A stretch of DNA of 64,000 nt, from positions 39,501 to 103,500 of IMG/VR virus record IMGVR_UViG_3300025372_000012, one strand, 5' to 3'. Position 1 is the first letter of the stretch; the number at the start of each line of letters is the position of its first letter. Shown here piece by piece: positions 57,811 to 64,000 of the stretch. The notes beneath the pieces were generated by a model. It saw only the letters and a list, made by a program, of their open reading frames with translations, had not been told where the DNA came from and did no database searches. Source of the stretch: a virus (taxonomy: Duplodnaviria > Caudoviricetes). Position numbers and translations under genes: made by a program.

Positions 57811-58503
57811 ATGATTCAAAATGAATACGCAAAACCCGTAGAATACAATACCGTACTTAATCCTGCATTGTGGGATCACAATCGCTTAAAAAGTGATGTG
57901 CGTGGTGCGCTTATTGGCATGGCTGAAGATTTCAAAGAGTTTGTTGGAGTGCCGTTTCGTGTGCTGGATGTTGTGATCACAGGCGGCAACGTTAATTACA
58001 ACTATACAAAACACAGCGACATTGACCTGCATCTAATTGCAGACTTTGATCAAGTAGTCTGTGATCGAGAAGTAGCCGAGTTGTTTGATAGTAAACGTTT
58101 ACTATACAAACGCCAATACGACCTTAGTATCAAAGGTATTCCTGTAGAACTTTACATAGAAGATCATCGTATGCCCGCAGTTAGCGCGGGTAGTTACAGC
58201 ATTCTAAAGGGTAAATGGATTAATACACCCAATAAGAACCTGCCCGAGTACAATGAAAAAGAGCTAGCGCATTGGGTCAAAGTTTGGACAAAAATTCTTG
58301 GCCAAGCAGTAAAAACAGGCCATTTACAAACCTGTAGAAAGGCGCTACAATTATTACGTACCTATCGCAAACAAGGGCTAAAAACACCAGCAGGTGAATT
58401 TAGTATTCCAAACCTAGTTTACAAGAGTCTGCGTAACGACCACATTATACAAAGTATTACTCTGCTTGTTGATAGATTACACGATCAAGAACTAAGCATA
58501 TGA
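57811..58503 (+). CDS. Pol-beta-superfamily nucleotidyltransferase
   Basis: ITGGNVNYNYTKHSDIDLHL...VELYIE. Confidence 0.75.
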   Translation: MIQNEYAKPVEYNTVLNPALWDHNRLKSDVRGALIGMAEDFKEFVGVPFRVLDVVITGGNVNYNYTKHSDIDLHLIADFDQVVCDREVAELFDSKRLLYKRQYDLSIKGIPVELYIEDHRMPAVSAGSYSILKGKWINTPNKNLPEYNEKELAHWVKVWTKILGQAVKTGHLQTCRKALQLLRTYRKQGLKTPAGEFSIPNLVYKSLRNDHIIQSITLLVDRLHDQELSI

Positions 58504-59054
58504 ACAAAAAACCAACCCTATATCTAGACATGGATGGTGTCCTAGCAGACTTTGACACCGCTGCCCGAGCTCTAATCAGAGCCACAAAAGAAGAACAATT
58601 AGAGGCACAGCAAACTGGACGCTGGCCCGATCACAAATGGCGTCAAATCGCTGACCGTGAACACTTTTACGCAGAACTGCCTAAGATGCCTTTGGCAGAT
58701 GAATTGGTAGAGCTGGCCGTAAAGTTCCGTGATAACCTAGAATACGATGTTAAGATTCTCACAGCCATTCCACACAACAACGACATGCATGAAGCGTTTC
58801 ATGACAAAGTTGATTGGATGAATCAGCATTATGGGCAATATGGATTCCGTGTACATTTTGGTCCATACAGCGAAGACAAACAACATCATTGTACATCCAG
58901 TGATGACATCCTAGTAGATGACCGTACCAGCAACTGCAACGAATGGCGCAAGGCCGGAGGTACAGCAGTACAGGTCAAACCTGGTCAGTATCGACAGGCA
59001 CTAATTGAACTAGAAGTCTTGTTTAGAGAATTACTCACCCTGACTCTGATCTGA
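58500..59054 (+). CDS. HAD 5'(3')-deoxyribonucleotidase-like protein
   Basis: YLDMDGVLADF, ILTA, K, ILVDDR. Confidence 0.85.
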   Translation: MNKKPTLYLDMDGVLADFDTAARALIRATKEEQLEAQQTGRWPDHKWRQIADREHFYAELPKMPLADELVELAVKFRDNLEYDVKILTAIPHNNDMHEAFHDKVDWMNQHYGQYGFRVHFGPYSEDKQHHCTSSDDILVDDRTSNCNEWRKAGGTAVQVKPGQYRQALIELEVLFRELLTLTLI

Positions 59055-59492
59055 GTATAGGTAGTTTACCGTATCTCCATTGACACGCCACTCTTGAGCT
59101 CCATTGTTTAGATGGAAACGGCGTGCCATGTCAGTTGGGGGACTTAATGTTACAAACTCCTTGACACTTGAACGGGTACGTTTGATGTAGTTAACAGCCT
59201 GACGAATCAACTTGCGTCCTGCACCAGCTTTATAACTCCAAATGGTATAAAACACAGCAGTGGTGATATCACTTATAGGTTCACGTGCTAATTCCAACAC
59301 ATCAGCGGGAGTAAAGTCTCTATAGGCCACACATACCACAGCCTCGGGCTCTAGTGTGTCATTGTGCTGTAGTACTAAAACTTCTGTATCCGGACCAACT
59401 CTAAAAGATGCGGGAATCTCAACTCGTACTGGATCATCAGCTAACAAGTTGATCAGGGGATCTTGCAATGAAGTTATGGAATAGAGAGGCAT
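59031..59492 (-). CDS. GNAT-like protein
   Basis: FYTIWSYKAGAGRKLI...TLSP...ARRFHLNNGA. Confidence 0.6.
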   Translation of the reverse strand: MPLYSITSLQDPLINLLADDPVRVEIPASFRVGPDTEVLVLQHNDTLEPEAVVCVAYRDFTPADVLELAREPISDITTAVFYTIWSYKAGAGRKLIRQAVNYIKRTRSSVKEFVTLSPPTDMARRFHLNNGAQEWRVNGDTVNYLYSDQSQGE

Positions 59493-59557
59493 ATACTAAC
59501 ACCATGGTAATATATGCTTACTTATCTCTTTTGCTAAAGAAAGTTGAGATATAATGG

Positions 59558-59815
59558 TTAAGGCTGACCCCAACGTAAAAGGAATAGGGTAGTATCCTTG
59601 TCCCGAGCAAAACTCACTGAGCACAAGTGACTTTGATGCAGAGTCCACATTGACCAAACCCATGCCACATAGTGCGGTCCAATGCTGTGATCCAACCAAT
59701 CTTCTATGCGGTACACACTTTCTACCCAATCCGGCTGTCCGTTTCTTTCGATCAAAGGCCAGGGTACTACAGCTCTATAGGGCAGTTCCAAAGGATGATC
59801 GTTGAGCATTCTCAT
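59558..59815 (-). CDS. Hypothetical protein
   Basis: Ends FARDKDTTLFLLRW; TAAATA (59821-26, - strand) 5 nt before ATG 59815. Confidence 0.65.
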   Translation of the reverse strand: MRMLNDHPLELPYRAVVPWPLIERNGQPDWVESVYRIEDWLDHSIGPHYVAWVWSMWTLHQSHLCSVSFARDKDTTLFLLRWGQP

Positions 59816-59870
59816 GAATTTATTTACTATGTTTAACATAAATAGTTATACCAAAAACTGGAGAAACAAA

Positions 59871-60146
59871 ATGAGCTATACACTAAGAATTTACGGTGCA
59901 GATTCTGCAAGTCCCACAGATACCGAATTCGAAGATCTGCCCAGTTTGTACGGCAGTATTTTTGACAATTTCGATCCTTCGAGCCCGCCGACCATGTCTG
60001 TGAAAGTGGGTGTCAATTTAGACTATGGATATGCTGTTTTTGACAACGAACGAGATGTTTGTATCAACAGCAAGAACGCCGCACAAGTTGGTTACACAAA
60101 AGAAGATCCCGAGCAGCCAGAAGGCCCAACTACGAGATCCATATAA
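59871..60146 (+). CDS. Hypothetical protein
   Basis: SD ggag; TAAATA at 59839. Confidence 0.65.
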   Translation: MSYTLRIYGADSASPTDTEFEDLPSLYGSIFDNFDPSSPPTMSVKVGVNLDYGYAVFDNERDVCINSKNAAQVGYTKEDPEQPEGPTTRSI

Positions 60147-60215
60147 TCTGCATCACATACACATGGCTCAGACTTGTCATATAGTCTGAGCCATTGTTTT
60201 AAATATAGTGCATAT

Positions 60216-60932
60216 ATGACAAAATCCACAGATCAACTATCCAAGCCTGTAGCCATAACGGTCAGCACCAATTACAGCGACATACTGCCCTTTGTTATAG
60301 ATCACAATCTCGAATATTTTGATCATTGGTTCATAGTGACCAGTGAAGACGATCTCGCTACACAAGAAATTATAAAAGCAAAAAACAGCGATCGCATCAC
60401 CATGCTGTTTTGGAAATTCCGTTACTTCGATCACGATCCAGTCAAGAATGTGCCCTTTGAGCGCTACTTTGACAAGGGCGGTGCTATACAAATGGCACAG
60501 CATCAAGCCTGTCTACGCTTCCCCTATCATTGGCATTTGGTCATGGACACTGACATTTTAATACGCAGTCAACGAGATCTAATGACCACACATCTTTGGG
60601 ATCGTCAAATCTACGGTCCCAGAGCCAGATTAGACTATAGAAGCCTGTCCGAGTATCGCCAAGGTATCATACACAGAAAGTATTGGGGTGATGATGTAGA
60701 GCCCCAGATCATAGGATTCTTTCAACTATACAGGCCCTGGGGTGTACCTACCATGCCCTTTTATCGAGTCAGTGTGGACAGCAATTGGTGCGATAATGAA
60801 TTCACTGACCTTTGGCCCAAAGAACATCAAGTATTGTTGAACATCACGGTAGATCACTTGGGCTACCATGACACAGATACACTATGTACACACCATGGTA
60901 GGATTTTGGGAGTAGGGTTTCATTTGACCTAG
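60216..60932 (+). CDS. GT-A fold glycosyltransferase-like protein
   Basis: ITVSTNYSD, FDKGGAI, VMDTDI DxD, GFFQLY, HLG. Confidence 0.7.
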   Translation: MTKSTDQLSKPVAITVSTNYSDILPFVIDHNLEYFDHWFIVTSEDDLATQEIIKAKNSDRITMLFWKFRYFDHDPVKNVPFERYFDKGGAIQMAQHQACLRFPYHWHLVMDTDILIRSQRDLMTTHLWDRQIYGPRARLDYRSLSEYRQGIIHRKYWGDDVEPQIIGFFQLYRPWGVPTMPFYRVSVDSNWCDNEFTDLWPKEHQVLLNITVDHLGYHDTDTLCTHHGRILGVGFHLT

Positions 60933-61015
60933 CCCAAGGCTGGCGAAGCCAGTCGCGCGGTAAAAAAAGCAAATTTTTTCACCCAATTAAACACCAAGTT
61001 ATTCAGCTTAGATTT

Positions 61016-61792
61016 TCAGCTTAGATCTATGCCCCTGGCCAGCATATCGGGCATCAAATATTCATCAACCCACCACTCATTGGTCCTGGGTCCAGGATGA
61101 AAATTCCCCCGTAGGCCCAAATCACGTGCTTGATCATGATCCAATACATGTCCCCAAGCTCTAATTGTGCCCCACTGCTCGGGTCTCATCAAATAGGCAT
61201 AGTACTCTAGTACAGGACAACTCCACATGTTACGCACACTCATGCTGAGATAGTTCAAATACTCACGTACATGATGTTCATTGGCAATCCAGTGTCCCCC
61301 AAAGTTAGTGGGCTGAGCATTCCACGATCCCCAATTCCACGTGTCCAAATTTCCCCTAAGTTCAGTGAGTCTATGCATACCGGGCCATACATATATGACA
61401 GCTCTGGGTCTAACTCCAGCTGAGTATAGAATATTGCTGTTGATCCACTGAAACATATCATCCGTGGCACCCTGCCCCAGATTTATAACTGGGCATCCTG
61501 TACGCTGACTGAGTACGTGTGCCATAGTATCACTATCATCTAAACCACAGCCAAACACATAACTGCATCCAAACATCAGTATACTACGAGCCCAATCTAT
61601 AGTGTCAAACTCTGGACACCGATAACTTTGGCTGTTTAAACCATAGTGTACAGATTTATGGCGCCATGGCCAATCCTCAGGTTGTGCAATGAGGTTATGC
61701 TCATATAGCTCACGACTATCGGGACCGCAGAATTCGCTGTCCATGGTGTGTCCGTGCCAAGAGTTCTTAAGTAGTTGTATGCTAGAGGTCAT
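61016..61792 (-). CDS. SGNH-hydrolase-like protein
   Basis: FGCSYVFGCG, INLGQGA, HPG; true start may be ATG 61744. Confidence 0.65.
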   Translation of the reverse strand: MTSSIQLLKNSWHGHTMDSEFCGPDSRELYEHNLIAQPEDWPWRHKSVHYGLNSQSYRCPEFDTIDWARSILMFGCSYVFGCGLDDSDTMAHVLSQRTGCPVINLGQGATDDMFQWINSNILYSAGVRPRAVIYVWPGMHRLTELRGNLDTWNWGSWNAQPTNFGGHWIANEHHVREYLNYLSMSVRNMWSCPVLEYYAYLMRPEQWGTIRAWGHVLDHDQARDLGLRGNFHPGPRTNEWWVDEYLMPDMLARGIDLS

Positions 61793-61819
61793 TATATGTG
61801 GGCAAAAAAAATTTGTAAA
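61791..61819 (-). promoter_or_regulatory. Sigma70-like promoter with A/T tracts upstream
   Basis: TTTACA-17 nt-TATAAT on the - strand. Confidence 0.5.
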
Positions 61820-62146
61820 AAAATTTTTAAAATCTAAGATCTAAGAATCGGTGAAGTTTTTACGCTAGTTACGCTAATGTAGTTTCTGGAAAAGTAATCC
61901 AGCAGTAGTATTCTAATAGTAGATCATCAAACATAGTGGGAATTCCTATAATGAACATATTTAAGAAACGGTTCACGGACCCGGTCTATATATAGGGCAA
62001 AAAAATTGCCGCGCAAATTTTAGTGGTTTTCAAGATCTTTGAGTGGGGTGATCTACTCTAACACCATGGTTTTTTATGGTGGGAATTTTGAAAGAAAGAG
62101 GTTGAAACGTACGGCATGCAGCTATAGCACTTTAGCATTACAAAAT

Positions 62147-62187
62147 AAAAAAGCACCTGACCACCCTCCCCAGGTCGCCAGGTGCAA
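62147..62187 (-). terminator. Terminator of the leftward early genes
   Basis: gcacctg...caggtgc stem followed by TTTTTT on the - strand. Confidence 0.65.
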
Positions 62188-62198
62188 TGCCCACGCTG

Positions 62199-62459
62199 TC
62201 AATCCTCTATGTCCACTGCGTCCCACCGTTCCTCATTGATGTCGAACCCTTCTTGCTCTAGCTCTGCTACAGCTTCGTTGAAGGCATCCTGGATGTTCCA
62301 CACTGCTGTGGCCACACGCTTGTCCTTGTGTCTAGTGGCTAGGTTACTGCCCTTTTGATATACTAGCCAAAGGTGCTGTTCACAATAGCTACGGCCCTTG
62401 ACCACAACGCACCCGCAGGGCATGATGCTATCGCCCATATATGTACATGTATCAGTCAT
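62199..62459 (-). CDS. Small Cys/His-containing hypothetical protein
   Basis: CTYMG...CGC...SYCEQH; SD aagga. Confidence 0.65.
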   Translation of the reverse strand: MTDTCTYMGDSIMPCGCVVVKGRSYCEQHLWLVYQKGSNLATRHKDKRVATAVWNIQDAFNEAVAELEQEGFDINEERWDAVDIED

Positions 62460-62655
62460 TGCTATTATCCTTACGTTCTGCCCTTAGGCGTTCTACTTCT
62501 TCTGCTACATAGGACAGCGTCTCTGTCCTGGATAGGTGTTCACTGGCCCAGAACAGGGCTATGATACACCAGAACTGCCATGAGTCCCAGCGGCACTCCA
62601 AGCCCTGATCTAACAGGTAGCCTAGAGTGCTGTAGAGTGCTATACGGGCTATCAT
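62452..62655 (-). CDS. Small putative membrane protein
   Basis: Hydrophobic, Trp-rich; ATG 62655 overlaps the ATPase stop. Confidence 0.6.
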   Translation of the reverse strand: MIARIALYSTLGYLLDQGLECRWDSWQFWCIIALFWASEHLSRTETLSYVAEEVERLRAERKDNSND

Positions 62656-63533
62656 GCTCGTTTCATACAGGTAGTTGCCGCCATAGCTTTCCACATTTGG
62701 GGGAATGCCTTACGCAGGTCTGCAATCTTGAGCACCATACGCAGGCTGAGCTCACGCAGACGATCCTTGTTGGCACTGATGAAGTCCAAGACTTCTACTT
62801 TGGTAACTTCTTCAAACTCATAGCGATCCAACATGCCCTTTTGAACGATGTTGTTGATCCACAGCATCTTCTCACGCTGAGTATCCATGTCCAAGTCCAT
62901 GTAGTGGCAACGGCTTTCCAGAGCGTCCAAGTGGCTACGGAGCTTCTTTGAACGAACGTGCTCAAACTTGATGTTGGTGATAAAGATAGCGGCACCCTTG
63001 AACTCGAAGCGATCTGGAATGCCTTCTGAGCGCAGGATTCGGCTGTCAGTGTTCCAGCTGATGAAACGACGGGGACTTGAGTCCAGGGCGCCCTTGAGAA
63101 TGTTCAAGCTCAGTTCTTCTTGCAGGATGTCGTCGCAGTCATCAAACACCAGAACATGCTTTGAGTCAGAGAACTCGTAGAGCTTAGAGTAGAGTCCAAT
63201 GCTGGACATGGCACCCTTGACAACTTCAAACTTGGGTTTGCGCTCGCCCAAGGTGTCAAAGAGTCCGTCCTTTTGCAGTACTGCTTCAACGTTGTGGCTC
63301 TTGCCCACGCCTGGAGGGCCACTGACGATCATAGCACGAACATCACCGCGTTTGACTGCCTTGGTCATCTCAGTGAGAATGTCAAAGCGCTCATTCAAGC
63401 GATTGAGGATTGCTTCGTCAGACTCAGTGGCAATTGCGGCTTCTTTGGCTTTGATTGCATCAGTGTCAAACTCAATAACGTGACTGGTTGTGATAGCCTT
63501 GGAAGGCTTGCGAGCGGCGGAGGTACGTGCCAT
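62652..63533 (-). CDS. AAA+ / P-loop ATPase
   Basis: GPPGVGKS, LVFDDCD, IFITN, ALESR. Confidence 0.85.
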   Translation of the reverse strand: MARTSAARKPSKAITTSHVIEFDTDAIKAKEAAIATESDEAILNRLNERFDILTEMTKAVKRGDVRAMIVSGPPGVGKSHNVEAVLQKDGLFDTLGERKPKFEVVKGAMSSIGLYSKLYEFSDSKHVLVFDDCDDILQEELSLNILKGALDSSPRRFISWNTDSRILRSEGIPDRFEFKGAAIFITNIKFEHVRSKKLRSHLDALESRCHYMDLDMDTQREKMLWINNIVQKGMLDRYEFEEVTKVEVLDFISANKDRLRELSLRMVLKIADLRKAFPQMWKAMAATTCMKRA

Positions 63534-63565
63534 TTGTGTTTCCTTTAGTGTGTTGCGAAGTATGT

Positions 63566-63594
63566 ATTATAACACCAATAGGGCCTGTTGTCAA
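63566..63594 (-). promoter_or_regulatory. Consensus sigma70 early promoter within a stem-loop
   Basis: TTGACA-17 nt-TATAAT; -35 flanked by atagggc/gccctat. Confidence 0.85.
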
Positions 63595-63613
63595 GCCCTA
63601 TCAGTCTTACTTA

Positions 63614-63961
63614 TTAATCCAAACGCGAGCCTGCGTAGCAAGACTCTAACCCCAACTTAGTGCGGAGCACCTCTGCGTAGGCTTCTGCACCTGCTTCCAG
63701 GATGCCCACAGATTGCACACCTGCCTTGCTGGGATTCCATAATTGCAGTGCGCCGTCCCAGCTCTTGCGGAAGCCTGCTGAAGCCAATGCCTTGCCCAGT
63801 TTAGAGTTACTACGGACCTTGTAGACGTTGACCCAAGCAAAGCCACAAGCGTCACGATCACCATACTTCTGGAGTGCTTCTTTAGCGGCTGTACGGGCTT
63901 GGATGCCAGCTTCGTTGAGTGCGTCTTGTACGGCTTCTAGGTTAAATGCTAGTGCAGTCAT
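63614..63961 (-). CDS. Hypothetical early protein
   Basis: ACGFAWV...SRLD; SD aaggag. Confidence 0.75.
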   Translation of the reverse strand: MTALAFNLEAVQDALNEAGIQARTAAKEALQKYGDRDACGFAWVNVYKVRSNSKLGKALASAGFRKSWDGALQLWNPSKAGVQSVGILEAGAEAYAEVLRTKLGLESCYAGSRLD

Positions 63962-63987
63962 TTAGTGCTCCTTAGTGCGTTGTTGAT

Positions 63988-64000
63988 GTATGTATTATAA
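63988..64000 (-). promoter_or_regulatory. Second early promoter, -10 part only (cut by window edge)
   Basis: TTATAATACATAC is identical to the 63560-63572 copy. Confidence 0.65.

Noticed and set aside
58500-59054. HAD as the missing GmhB
   Set aside because: DMDGVLADF fits 5'-nucleotidases; the GmhB-type DRDG and CxCRKP motifs are absent
1-64000. Stop-codon reassignment
   Set aside because: Core genes are full length and densely packed under the standard code

Overview
A 64 kb segment of a large, AT-rich tailed phage with T4-like (myovirus) gene families in a non-T4 order. 1-22.7 kb: a 2113-aa virion protein and six Thr/Gly-rich fibre-like proteins. 23-40.5 kb: glycosyltransferase, NUDIX, neck and tail-completion genes, an HNH/NUMOD3 endonuclease, dNMP kinase, sheath, tube, head-completion nuclease, terminase and acidic head-core-like proteins. 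40.7-48.5 kb: gp32, UvsX, UvsY, UvsW and a clamp-loader-like gene. 48.5-52 kb: an NDP-heptose-type operon, an Fe/2OG-like enzyme and a 190-aa mini-DnaE. 53-61 kb: primase, helicase, B12-radical SAM, YqgE/AlgH, nucleotidyltransferase, HAD and GT genes. 62-64 kb: a leftward, GC-richer early region with sigma70 promoters. Main unusual signals: seven phycobiliprotein-like C-x-R-D repeats in the giant virion protein; apparent total absence of ACWGT; a heptose pathway coupled to an HxG Fe/2OG enzyme and mini-DnaE; and TAAATA promoters 4-7 nt before start codons. All calls come from motif recognition by eye; no searches were run.
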